Shown one piece after another: positions 1 through 8,884 of a DNA stretch of 64,000 nt; within the stretch, counting starts at the first letter, position 1; each line of letters starts with the position of its first letter. The DNA comes from Pirellulales bacterium (GTDB lineage: Bacteria; Planctomycetota; Planctomycetia; Pirellulales; Lacipirellulaceae). The DNA is taken from positions 597-64,596 of the forward strand of contig JADLBW010000279.1 in NCBI GenBank assembly GCA_020847515.1. The letters run 5' to 3'. A model generated the notes under the pieces. It made no database searches. It was given only the letters and a program-made list of their open reading frames with translations, and had not been told where the DNA came from. Made by a program: the position numbers and the translations under genes.

Positions 1-2
1 CG

Positions 3-1034
3 TTGCAGAAGAAGCCCGCTTCGGAGCGCATTTCCGCACGCCATGCCGAGCAGCGGATCGCCAATCAGGTCGACCAGCAGGTTGCCGTACAACTCGCGGC
101 GATGCGCCGACGATACGAACGGGAATTCGTCGCGCCGCTGGCGCGTCGGGCAATTTCGCCGGAGTACATAAACCTAAGCTCCACCCCCCAAGGCGTCGCC
201 CTGCAAACAATCTTCGCGCGTCGCAATCAGCTTGGCGCCAGCAGCGCTCCGCCCCCGGCCCCGGGCAACGACATCCTGGTGCAGGTTCATCAGTCGGCGG
301 TGGACAACTATTTGCCGCTGGCCCTCGCCCGGGCGCGTATCTCGCAACAGTCGTCAGAGGAGCCCGTCAAGCTGGAAGGCGACGTGCCCACGTGGATTCG
401 CGGTCTGTCGATTGCCTCGCCACAGGCGGCCGCGGTCGTAGACGCCGGTCGCGAAGTGGTAGAGCAGGCGCAGGAGGCCGTCGAGAACCTCACTCAGGAT
501 GAACAGCAGCGCAAGGAACAGCAGCGTGCGCTGCCGCCGTTCAAGCCGTTCTCAGTCACGTTGAATACCGAAGCCCCGGCAAGCGTGCGGTTCGACGACG
601 GGAAGATTTACATCCGCGTACGGGCGGCGTCGCTGGTTAGCGACGCAGATGAATACGCCAATTGGGATTTCATCGTAACGTATCAGATCGAGCTGCGCGA
701 CGAACAGATTTTACTGCGTCGGATCGGCCAGATTGAAGTCTTCCCTACTGGCTTCGATCCGGCCTGGGACAAGCAGCTTACGGCCCAGCAGGCAGGCTTC
801 CGCAATACGCTGGCCAAGAACATGAACGCTCGCGCCGAAGCGGGGGAGAGCTTTCCCGCCGAGATTCCCATCCAGCCAATGCGGGTCACGCAGCTCGGCA
901 CGCTGCTGGTTCGCGAACTGCGGGCCGACGATGGTTGGCTGACGATCGGCTGGATTCTGCCGCCGCCAGGCGTCGACGCCCTGCCCCGCGAGGGGTTGCT
1001 GGGTCGCACCCCGCCTCCGGCGGCTGCTCCATAA
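3..1034 (+). CDS. Hypothetical protein, 5'-truncated by the window edge
   Basis: Open frame from the window start to TAA at 1032-1034 with GC-rich codon usage and protein-like composition. No recognisable catalytic motif. Confidence 0.75.
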   Translation: MQKKPASERISARHAEQRIANQVDQQVAVQLAAMRRRYEREFVAPLARRAISPEYINLSSTPQGVALQTIFARRNQLGASSAPPPAPGNDILVQVHQSAVDNYLPLALARARISQQSSEEPVKLEGDVPTWIRGLSIASPQAAAVVDAGREVVEQAQEAVENLTQDEQQRKEQQRALPPFKPFSVTLNTEAPASVRFDDGKIYIRVRAASLVSDADEYANWDFIVTYQIELRDEQILLRRIGQIEVFPTGFDPAWDKQLTAQQAGFRNTLAKNMNARAEAGESFPAEIPIQPMRVTQLGTLLVRELRADDGWLTIGWILPPPGVDALPREGLLGRTPPPAAAP

Positions 1035-1123
1035 GCGATGCGCCGCCCCCTCGGCGTGATCGAAGCGGCCGGTATAATTGCGCCACTTCATCGCCCGGGG
1101 TTTTCGCAGGTCGGGGGTCGGCC

Positions 1124-1615
1124 ATGTCCACAGCGTCAGCGGACCAGTCGCTTGTCGACATTGCGTTCGACTGCCTGCCGCTGCGATCCCTGGCTCGGCT
1201 CGACGTGCCGCTCGATGCGTCCGAGGCCTTGAGAGAACGGGCTGCCCGCCTGCAGGCGGCCTATGAGGCGTACGGCGCCGAGCGGACGTATTATCTCTAC
1301 AATGCCCGCTGCGTTTATCACTTCGCCAACAGCGAGGTGGAAGGCTCATGCCGTTTTGAGTTCGAGGGGGTCGTGTGCACGGACGCCGGCGATCGTAAAT
1401 GCATCGAAACCCACGTCGACGTCCGCCTGGTAAGCGAGACGTGCGGTGGAACGCCGGCGGCAGTCGCCGAATGGCTAATGCACCAGGTGCAACGGGCCGT
1501 TGCGATCGAGTTCGACCGCTTCATCGCGGCCGGGCAACTCGCTGCCTCGGCGGCAGCCGGCGACGCAATAACTGCCGCGGACGCGCTGGCGGGACCGGGC
1601 GGCATGGGCGTCTGA
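1124..1615 (+). CDS. Hypothetical protein
   Basis: ATG at 1124 (MSTASADQ) after GGGGG, with a GGTATAAT -10-like box near 1071-1078. Globular-looking sequence (IAFDCLPLRS, YYLYNARC, AVAIEFDRFI). Confidence 0.75.
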   Translation: MSTASADQSLVDIAFDCLPLRSLARLDVPLDASEALRERAARLQAAYEAYGAERTYYLYNARCVYHFANSEVEGSCRFEFEGVVCTDAGDRKCIETHVDVRLVSETCGGTPAAVAEWLMHQVQRAVAIEFDRFIAAGQLAASAAAGDAITAADALAGPGGMGV

Positions 1616-1991
1616 GCCGCGACTCCACCGCTGTCCGCCGCCAGGCAGCGGCTGACTGACCGGTGCTTCGCTCGGCAGGGAGTGCTTGCGGGCGCTTTGC
1701 ACCCGCGTGCTGGCACAGGCCCGCGTGCTTCGCTGCGGGCCATCTCCCAGGCGCTATGACGCCAGCTTTTCGGGCGGCCCCGGGCTGCGCATGACAGCAG
1801 TGGCTGCAAGGGCTTGGCCGCCGGAGGGACAAGCGCCGAAAAGTCAAAGTTTGCCGGTTGTATCGACGATAACAGTTGTGCTGCCGACGCCGCGGGCATG
1901 CGCGCTGGTTTTATTTCGCGCGCACTGCTAGCGGGTCAGCCCTAATCACCTGGAGCGGCGTCCGCACGCGCGTTTCCGCCAGGAACTGAGC

Positions 1992-4427
1992 ATGATGAAC
2001 CGGCCATTACGCGAAGCCACATCCATCGTCCTGGTCGCGCTGACGCTGGCCAGCGGATGTTCGCCGACGCAACCGTTCTATTACAAAGAAGACGGCGACC
2101 TGTCCCATTACATGGACGTGGCGACCGCCATCGAATATCCGGACGTGAACGCGGCGCCGCTGGACGAAGTGCAGACGGCGCAGGCGCCGCTCACGCTAGC
2201 CAACTCCCAGAACTTCAAGATGTGGGACCTGACGCTGGAGGAGGTCACCCGGATCACGCTCGAAAACAGCCAGGTCATTCGCCAACTCGGCGGCCGCATC
2301 AACGACGGCGGACAGAACATCGCGACCACCACGCCGGAATCGTTGACGCAGCAGGCCGCCAACGCCACAACAACCTACGACCCGGCGCTCACCGAGAGCG
2401 GCTACGGGGGAAATACCGGCAGCCAGTTCAGCGGGACAGGCGTAGAAGCGGCGCTGTCGGAGTTCGACGCCCAGCTCGATTCCAGCCTTCTGTGGCAGAA
2501 CAACGATCGGCCGCAGAACTTCGGCTTGCCGAACACGGCCGTATCGACGTTCTTCAATCCCCGCTTTCGTCAGGACATCGGCCGCTACACGACCGGCCTT
2601 ACCAAGACGGCGGCCAACGGCAGCACGTTCGAGTTTCGCAACAACATCAACTACGACCTCAATAACAACGGCAGCAGAACGCAGCCCAGCGATTGGTTCG
2701 TCAACTTCGAGGCGGCGGTAACCCAGCCGTTGCTGCAAGGCGCGGGGACGCAGTATAACCGCATCGCCGGCCCGCGTTCGTTTCAGGAGTTCAACGGCAA
2801 CTTCGCCGACCAGTTCGACGGCGTGATTATCGCCCGCTTGCGCACTGACGTCGCGCTGACCGATTTCGAGGCCGGCGTGCGGAACCTGATGCGCGACGTG
2901 GAGTGGGCTTATTGGGAGCTCTATTTCTCGTACCACGACTTAGAAGCGCGGAAGGTGGGCCAGGCCAGCGCCCTGGAAACCTGGCGCCGAGTCAAGGCCC
3001 GGGAGCGGGTCGGCGGCGCCGGCGGCGAGGCTAGCGCCGAGGCGCAGGCGCGGGCCCAGTACTTCGCCTTCCGCTCGAGCGTAGAGACCGCCCTGACCAA
3101 CCTGTTCCGGATGGAAAACCGACTTCGCTTCTTGATGGGGCTGAACGCGTCCGACGGCCGGCTGATTCGTCCTGCGGACGAACCGACGACCGCGCCGGTG
3201 TTCTTCGATTGGGCGACCGTCCACTCCGAGGCGCTCGCTCGCCAGGTGGAAGTGCGGCGGCAACGCTGGACGGTCAAGCGGCGCGAGCTCGAGCTGGTCG
3301 CGGCGAAGAACCAATTGCTGCCGCGGTTGGACGCCATCGGTCGGTATCGCTGGTTGGGCGCGGGCGACGATTTGATCGACGACGACCGCAATGGTCTGCC
3401 GCCGTTTGCCACTGGCTCAACCGCCTTTGAGTCGCTCACGACCGGCGATTTCCAGGAATGGGAAGCGGGGCTGCAGTTCGCTATGCCGCTGGGAATGCGA
3501 CGCGGGATGACGACGGTGCGCCATTCGCAATTGCTGTTGGCGCGCGAACGACAGATCTTGCGGGACATGGAACTGGAGATTTCGCACCAGATGGCCGACG
3601 CGATTCGCGACATCGACCTCAACTTCGGCGTGGCCCAGACGAACTTCAACCGCCGGGCCGCCGCCGAAGACGAGGTCGAGGCGGTCGAGGCGATTTACGA
3701 AGTCGGCCGCGTAACGCTCGACCAGGTGCTCGACGCCCAGCGACGCCGCGCCGAGGCTGAGTCGGCGTTCTATCGTTCGCTGGTCGACTACAACCGGGCC
3801 ATCACGCAGGTCCATTTCCGCAAGGGCTCGCTGCTGGAATATAACGGCATCCGGCTGCAGGAAGGCCCATGGGCGGGCAAGGCGTATTTCGACGCTATGC
3901 GCCGGGCGCGGCAACGCGACGCAAGCTGGTTCGTGGACTACGGCTTCACGCGTCCCCAAGTCGTTAGCCGAGGGCCTGTGCCGCAAGCGGCTGGAACGGC
4001 CACGGGCGTGCCGGGCGACGGGCCGGCGCCCACGCCGGCAACTGGCAGGGCGCCAGCCGAGGCCCCGCTCGATCTACAGCAGCCGGGGTTCGTACAGCCG
4101 CCCCTCCAGGGCGAGCCGATACCTGCGCCCAACGATCCGCTCGGCTCGCAGCAGATGCCAGGCGCCTCGCTGATCGGCCGTTCGGAGGCGGAACCGCCTA
4201 CCGCCGCCTTACCGGCGACTTACGGGCGCCAGGCTCAGCTTCCGGCGCCGACGGCGCCCGTGCAGGTTGCGACGGCATGGGCGTCGCCGCCGCCGGCGAA
4301 TCCGTTTCCCAGAACAGAGCCCGCCGTCCCGGCGCCAGGCGACGCGCCCGGCCGAATCGAAACGGGCACAAACACGACCCCCAACCCATTCGCAACGCCG
4401 CAGCAATTGCCGCCGATCGCTAACTAG
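1992..4427 (+). CDS. TolC-family outer membrane efflux protein, lipoprotein type, with Pro-rich C-terminal tail
   Basis: Lipobox LTLASGC. OEP-type motifs LTLEEVTRITLENS, VTQPLLQGAG, VEWAYWEL, AKNQLLPRLD, YEVGRVTLDQVLDAQRR. AGGA RBS. Confidence 0.85.
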   Translation: MMNRPLREATSIVLVALTLASGCSPTQPFYYKEDGDLSHYMDVATAIEYPDVNAAPLDEVQTAQAPLTLANSQNFKMWDLTLEEVTRITLENSQVIRQLGGRINDGGQNIATTTPESLTQQAANATTTYDPALTESGYGGNTGSQFSGTGVEAALSEFDAQLDSSLLWQNNDRPQNFGLPNTAVSTFFNPRFRQDIGRYTTGLTKTAANGSTFEFRNNINYDLNNNGSRTQPSDWFVNFEAAVTQPLLQGAGTQYNRIAGPRSFQEFNGNFADQFDGVIIARLRTDVALTDFEAGVRNLMRDVEWAYWELYFSYHDLEARKVGQASALETWRRVKARERVGGAGGEASAEAQARAQYFAFRSSVETALTNLFRMENRLRFLMGLNASDGRLIRPADEPTTAPVFFDWATVHSEALARQVEVRRQRWTVKRRELELVAAKNQLLPRLDAIGRYRWLGAGDDLIDDDRNGLPPFATGSTAFESLTTGDFQEWEAGLQFAMPLGMRRGMTTVRHSQLLLARERQILRDMELEISHQMADAIRDIDLNFGVAQTNFNRRAAAEDEVEAVEAIYEVGRVTLDQVLDAQRRRAEAESAFYRSLVDYNRAITQVHFRKGSLLEYNGIRLQEGPWAGKAYFDAMRRARQRDASWFVDYGFTRPQVVSRGPVPQAAGTATGVPGDGPAPTPATGRAPAEAPLDLQQPGFVQPPLQGEPIPAPNDPLGSQQMPGASLIGRSEAEPPTAALPATYGRQAQLPAPTAPVQVATAWASPPPANPFPRTEPAVPAPGDAPGRIETGTNTTPNPFATPQQLPPIAN

Positions 4428-4568
4428 CCGCGCTCGCGGCATCGGGGCGCCGCGGTTTTGGCCTGGACATGCTACGACGGCGGGCCCGCGGTTGGGCCAC
4501 CAGGCTTCTACTACGGCTCGTTGTCAAGTAAAACGAGACCTGGCGCCCCCCTGCCCTAGTGCTGCACC

Positions 4569-5189
4569 ATGCCGAACTTTTTCTCCTTCGACGGCATCGA
4601 CGGCGTGGGAAAGAGTACCCAACTGCAGCTCTTCTGCACATGGCTGCGGGAGCGAGGGATCGACCCTGTCGTCTGTCGTGATCCCGGCAGTACGGCGCTG
4701 GGTGAGCAGGTGCGCGAGTTGCTCCTCAACAGCGGCCGGGGGATATCCATTGGCATGCGGTGCGAAATGCTGTTGTACATGGCAGCGCGAGCGCAACTTG
4801 TCGATGAGGTCATTCGCCCGGCCAAGAGCGCCGGCCGGACGGTGGTGTGCGATCGTTTCTTGCTGGCCAATCTGGTTTACCAGGGCTATGCCGGCGGACT
4901 TCCGATTGACGTCGTCCGGCAAGTCGGCGCCGTGGCGGTCGACGGCGTGATGCCCGACTGCACGTTCCTGCTCGACATGGACCCGGCCAAGGCGCTGCTC
5001 CGCATGGGTCGCCAGCTCGATCGGGTGGAACGCCGCGGTCCGGAGCATCGGCAGCGGCTCCGGGCCGGGTTCCTGGGGGCGGCTTCAACTATGGGCGCGG
5101 CAGTCCACGTAATTGACGCAGACCGCGACGTCCCAGTCATCCAGACGGAAATCCGTACGATTGCTGCGGCCGCCCTGGGCGCGGCGTAA
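4569..5189 (+). CDS. tmk: Thymidylate kinase
   Basis: P-loop DGIDGVGKST, RDPGST, LLYMAARAQL, CDRF, YQGYAGG, PDCTFLLD. Confidence 0.95.
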   Translation: MPNFFSFDGIDGVGKSTQLQLFCTWLRERGIDPVVCRDPGSTALGEQVRELLLNSGRGISIGMRCEMLLYMAARAQLVDEVIRPAKSAGRTVVCDRFLLANLVYQGYAGGLPIDVVRQVGAVAVDGVMPDCTFLLDMDPAKALLRMGRQLDRVERRGPEHRQRLRAGFLGAASTMGAAVHVIDADRDVPVIQTEIRTIAAAALGAA

Positions 5190-5223
5190 GCGAGGAAATC
5201 TCCACCTCAGAGCCGGACTTACG

Positions 5224-5252
5224 TTGACCATTGTCGATAAAAGCGCTAAAAT
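5224..5252 (+). promoter_or_regulatory. Sigma70-type promoter upstream of ispE-spoVG
   Basis: TTGACC, 17 nt spacer, TAAAAT in an AT-rich intergenic stretch. Confidence 0.65.
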
Positions 5253-5487
5253 TTGTCACCCTTTCAGCTTACGACCATCATAAATAGCACCGTCGGTCTT
5301 GTTTGGTCCACCACTGGCGTAGGCCAAGTTAGATCGCTGATATGACTACCGTGGCCGGCCCGCGCACAGCCTTATCCTCAGCAGAGAATCGGGAAGGTGG
5401 CACGGATCGCTTGCCGAGTGATGGCTCTGGCGCAGGATGCCAGGGCGTCGGCTTGGCCACATGCCCTCAGGGAATGGGGCTGCGAGA

Positions 5488-6411
5488 ATGTATGCTCGTA
5501 AGGCCGGTACAGTTTGGGAGGTCTTGGCCCCTGCCAAGCTGAATCTGTATCTCGACGTCCTCGGACGCCGTCCCGACGGGTTCCATGAGCTGGAAACCCT
5601 CATGGCGCCGGTGCGGCTTTACGACCGCCTGCAATGGCGGGCCGCGGAGGCCGGCGACGATTCTGAGTTTCAGTTAGACGTGCAAGCGGCCACTCGCATG
5701 CCGCAGCACGTTATCCCTGCAGACAGGCGAAACCTGGTCTGGAAGGCCGCCGAGCTACTGGCCCGGGAAGCGGGCATCGCACCCCATGGGGCGGTCACGC
5801 TTAGCAAGCGAATACCCGCTCAGGCCGGGCTGGGGGGCGGCAGCAGCGACGCTGCGGCCGCCTTGGTGCTGTTGAGCGCCGCGTGGGGCTTCGATTACCC
5901 GGCGGCCCGCCTGCAGCGTCTGGCTGCCGAACTTGGCAGCGACGTGCCGTTCTTTCTGGCGGGTTCAACGGCCATTTGCCGCGGTCGGGGAGAAATCGTC
6001 GTACCAGTCTCCGGAATTCCGCGATTAGAGGTTGTCATCGCCGTCCCATCTGAAGGGGTCGCTACGTCGGCTGCGTTCGCAGCGCTCGATGCTCCGCTTG
6101 TTGCCGAACGGCCGGCTCGCGAAGGCGACAGCGCCCTAGCGTCATTGATAGCCCGACTGAGGCGAGGGGCAAGGGCTTCAGCCGGGCGACGAATGTTCAA
6201 TAGCCTGCAAAGAGTCGCGGAACTGCTATGTCCGGCCATCCGCCGCATCGGTACAAGCTTTGCTAGCGTCGGGTGTTGCGCGCATATACTTACTGGCAGC
6301 GGCTCCGCCTATTTCGGCCTGATGCATTCCGCTCGCCAGGCGCGACGGGTTGCCGCCCTGCTCTCTTCGCTGAACTTGGGGACGATCTACGCCACAGCGA
6401 CGTGCCGCTGA
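5488..6411 (+). CDS. ispE: 4-diphosphocytidyl-2-C-methyl-D-erythritol kinase
   Basis: APAKLNLYLDV, GFHELET, KRIPAQAGLGGGSSDAAA, LGSDVPFFL, GRGE, TGSGS. Start moved to ATG 5488. Confidence 0.95.
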   Translation: MYARKAGTVWEVLAPAKLNLYLDVLGRRPDGFHELETLMAPVRLYDRLQWRAAEAGDDSEFQLDVQAATRMPQHVIPADRRNLVWKAAELLAREAGIAPHGAVTLSKRIPAQAGLGGGSSDAAAALVLLSAAWGFDYPAARLQRLAAELGSDVPFFLAGSTAICRGRGEIVVPVSGIPRLEVVIAVPSEGVATSAAFAALDAPLVAERPAREGDSALASLIARLRRGARASAGRRMFNSLQRVAELLCPAIRRIGTSFASVGCCAHILTGSGSAYFGLMHSARQARRVAALLSSLNLGTIYATATCR

Positions 6412-6435
6412 CGAAACCTCGCCAGGAGAAATGCC

Positions 6436-7065
6436 GTGGAAATCACCGAGGTGCGCATCAAGCTCATGGATGAACCGGGCGAACGGCTCAAGGCGTTTTG
6501 CTCCATCACCTTCGACAACTGCTTTGTCGTCCGCGATCTGAAGATCATCGAGGGGGCCAGCGGTCCGTTCGTGGCGATGCCGAGTCGAAAACTCACCGCC
6601 CACTGCCCGCGATGCGGCATGAAGAACCATCTGCGCGCCCAATACTGCAATCAATGCGGCAACGGCCTGGCGCCCGATCGATTGCCGCTCGACGCCGACG
6701 GCAGGGCGAAGTTGTACGCCGACATCGCCCACCCCATCAACTCGGGCTGCCGCGAGATGATTCAGGACGTTGTCGTGCGCGAATATGAAGAGGAACTCGA
6801 ACGCGCAAAATTGCCGAATTATGTGTCGCGATACGATGATTTCGACTTGGACTACGGCGACTATCGGCGGCCGCAGCAGACCGTCGCTGAAACCCGCGTC
6901 GATCCGCCCCACCAACGGCAGCATTCGCATTTCGGCAACAATCGCCCCAATGCCGGGGAGCCGGTGCGCGACGGTCGGGGCGTTCCAGCGCCCAAGTCGG
7001 GCAACCGCCAGAATCAGGCGTCGTCGCAGACCGATTTTGGCGCGGGGATTTTTCCCCAGCAGTAG
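6436..7065 (+). CDS. spoVG: SpoVG-family nucleic-acid-binding protein with zinc-ribbon insert
   Basis: MEITEVRIKL, LKAFCSITFD, FVVRDLKIIEG, FVAMPSRK, YADIAHPIN. GTG start after AGGAG. Confidence 0.9.
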   Translation: MEITEVRIKLMDEPGERLKAFCSITFDNCFVVRDLKIIEGASGPFVAMPSRKLTAHCPRCGMKNHLRAQYCNQCGNGLAPDRLPLDADGRAKLYADIAHPINSGCREMIQDVVVREYEEELERAKLPNYVSRYDDFDLDYGDYRRPQQTVAETRVDPPHQRQHSHFGNNRPNAGEPVRDGRGVPAPKSGNRQNQASSQTDFGAGIFPQQ

Positions 7066-7163
7066 CGATCGGGCGCTACTCAGCGGGCTGCTCTAGAGAT
7101 TGCGCCTCGCAGCCTGATATCCTTAGTTGCGCGGCTGCCGCGGCGAGCAGCGCTGCCCAATAG

Positions 7164-7172
7164 TGGTATAAT
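7164..7172 (+). promoter_or_regulatory. Extended -10 promoter element upstream of csrA
   Basis: TGGTATAAT, a perfect TGnTATAAT match about 300 nt before the csrA ATG. Confidence 0.55.
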
Positions 7173-7476
7173 CCGATCTTTGCCGCGGCCCACGCAATCG
7201 ATCGGCACATCTTACCGATACATCACACTATCGCCAGTCGCGCCAGTTTAACGAGTCGCTGTCGAGGAGTCCCTGAATAGAGGGACTACCGTCCGGACGG
7301 CGCCTGACCCCTACAACTGCTGGCGATAACAGGCCGGAACGCGAAGCCGCAGTTGCGAAGCGGGCGATTCTGGACGCCGCCGTTTTATTTCGCTGCGCGG
7401 GATTGCGGGCGGTCGCGCAGGCGGATATACTATACATCGGTACATCATTCCCGCAGCGGTAGCATGGAGGTCGTCA

Positions 7477-7692
7477 ATGCTGGTACTGTCGAGGAAGCAG
7501 TCGCAACGGATCAAGTTGGGGGATTCGATCGTGATCACTGTGGTTCGCGTGGCAGGCGATAAGGTCCGGCTGGGGATCGACGCCCCCCGCGACATGCTCG
7601 TGCTCCGCGATGAGCTGGAGCCGCATCAGGCGGCAGCGGAGGATGATCCGGAGATCGGCATAGGCCTTTCGACGCTCGCCAGGTCCGCGTAG
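7477..7692 (+). CDS. csrA: Carbon storage regulator CsrA
   Basis: MLVLSRKQSQRIKLGDSIVITVVRVAGDKVRLGIDAPRDMLVLRDEL is the CsrA signature. GGAGG RBS. Confidence 0.92.
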   Translation: MLVLSRKQSQRIKLGDSIVITVVRVAGDKVRLGIDAPRDMLVLRDELEPHQAAAEDDPEIGIGLSTLARSA

Positions 7693-7715
7693 CGCCCCTC
7701 AGCGTAGAACCCAAT

Positions 7716-7758
7716 GAAAAAGGCCGTCCAAGCCCGAATCGCTTGGACGGCCTTTTTC
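7716..7758. terminator. Bidirectional intrinsic terminator
   Basis: GAAAAAGGCCGTCCAAGC, loop, GCTTGGACGGCCTTTTTC. Perfect inverted repeat with A and T tracts between convergent genes. Confidence 0.85.
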
Positions 7759-7825
7759 TCGCTAATCCAATTTCTTTGCTAATCCACTTCTTGCTAATGC
7801 AACGCCCCTGGAAGGAGGATTTCAC

Positions 7826-8056
7826 TCAATCGCGGGGCCGCACGGCGCCGGTCAGGCCGCTGTAGTCAGAGCGGTCGTCTTCGTGCCATAGGGGATGACC
7901 CATCCGGATCCGTTCGGCGAGGACTTCCAACTTTTCGCGGGATCCCGCCGGGGCCTGGGTGGCCTTGAAGTGGTCGTCATGCCGGGGAGCAAAGTCCTCA
8001 TCATGGCCGTACTTGAGGATCGCCTCGAACACGTTCTTTAGCTTGGGATCGGGCAT
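7826..8056 (-). CDS. Small hypothetical protein (76 aa)
   Basis: MPDPKLKNVFEAILKYGHDEDF...TQAPAGSREKLEVLAERIRMGHPLWHEDD. Strong GC3 bias, ends just before the bidirectional terminator. Confidence 0.8.
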   Translation of the reverse strand: MPDPKLKNVFEAILKYGHDEDFAPRHDDHFKATQAPAGSREKLEVLAERIRMGHPLWHEDDRSDYSGLTGAVRPRD

Positions 8057-8459
8057 ACTCGATTTCGCCTTTTCGTAAACAGTCGCCTTGCAGAAAATGC
8101 GTAAATCCGGCGCGCGTGGAAACAACACCAGCGCTCGCAGGACAATCCTGACTGAAAATCCTTCAAGCCGGCCCCGGCAAAGGTGGGAACTTGGCGGGGT
8201 GCGTCTCAACACTGGGGCGATCCTGTCGCCACCGGTCGGCCGGCTGCAGGCATTTACAATTAAGGGATTATTACTAGCGACTATTTGAAGTCAAGTTTTT
8301 TCCCCTTGACTTTTGTACCTTCTACGCAATGAAGCGGCCGGGATGCGCGAATCTGTTCCTCTTAGGAAAAGCGAACGTGCGAGTCGCGCGGGGCCATGTG
8401 GTTTTTACGGTATGCGGAAGTGCTATCATGGGACGGGTGAGGCGGGCAGGTAGGCCAAA

Positions 8460-8879
8460 ATGACTTGGATCCAACAAGAAATCGATCTGGACCCGCGCTC
8501 CCGCGGCTTTCATCTGATCACTGATGAGGTCGTACGCCGCCTGCCTCGGCTATCCGAGGTGCGCGTAGGCCTTCTCCACTTGTTCATTCAACACACCTCA
8601 GCATCGCTTTCGATCAACGAGAACGCCGATCCCGACGTCCCCAGAGACCTGGAGAATTCATTTTCGGCGCTCGCACCCGAGAGCTTCCCCTACGAGCACA
8701 CGGTTGAAGGGCCTGACGATATGCCGGCCCATGTCAAAGCCTCGCTGTTGGGGGCCGCCTTGACGATTCCCATAAACAGCGGCCGACTCTGCCTGGGAGC
8801 CTGGCAAGGCATCTATTTGTGCGAGCACCGCAATCGCGGAGGCCGGCGGCGGCTGGTCGCTACGATTTGGGGCGAATAA
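8460..8879 (+). CDS. yjbQ: YjbQ (UPF0047) secondary thiamine-phosphate synthase family protein
   Basis: RGFHLIT, HTSASLSINENADPDV, EGPDDMPAHVKASL, LGAWQGIYLCEHR. Confidence 0.92.
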   Translation: MTWIQQEIDLDPRSRGFHLITDEVVRRLPRLSEVRVGLLHLFIQHTSASLSINENADPDVPRDLENSFSALAPESFPYEHTVEGPDDMPAHVKASLLGAALTIPINSGRLCLGAWQGIYLCEHRNRGGRRRLVATIWGE

Positions 8880-8884
8880 GGCTC

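Noticed and set aside
1992-4427. TolC gene as part of a local tripartite pump with the MMPL gene
   Set aside because: There is no adjacent membrane-fusion protein, and the MMPL gene is 12 kb away in a separate unit.
5397-5416. TGGCACG sites at about 5398, 28506 and 28795 as sigma54 promoters
   Set aside because: None has GC at the required GG-N10-GC position. Only the 16543 site does.
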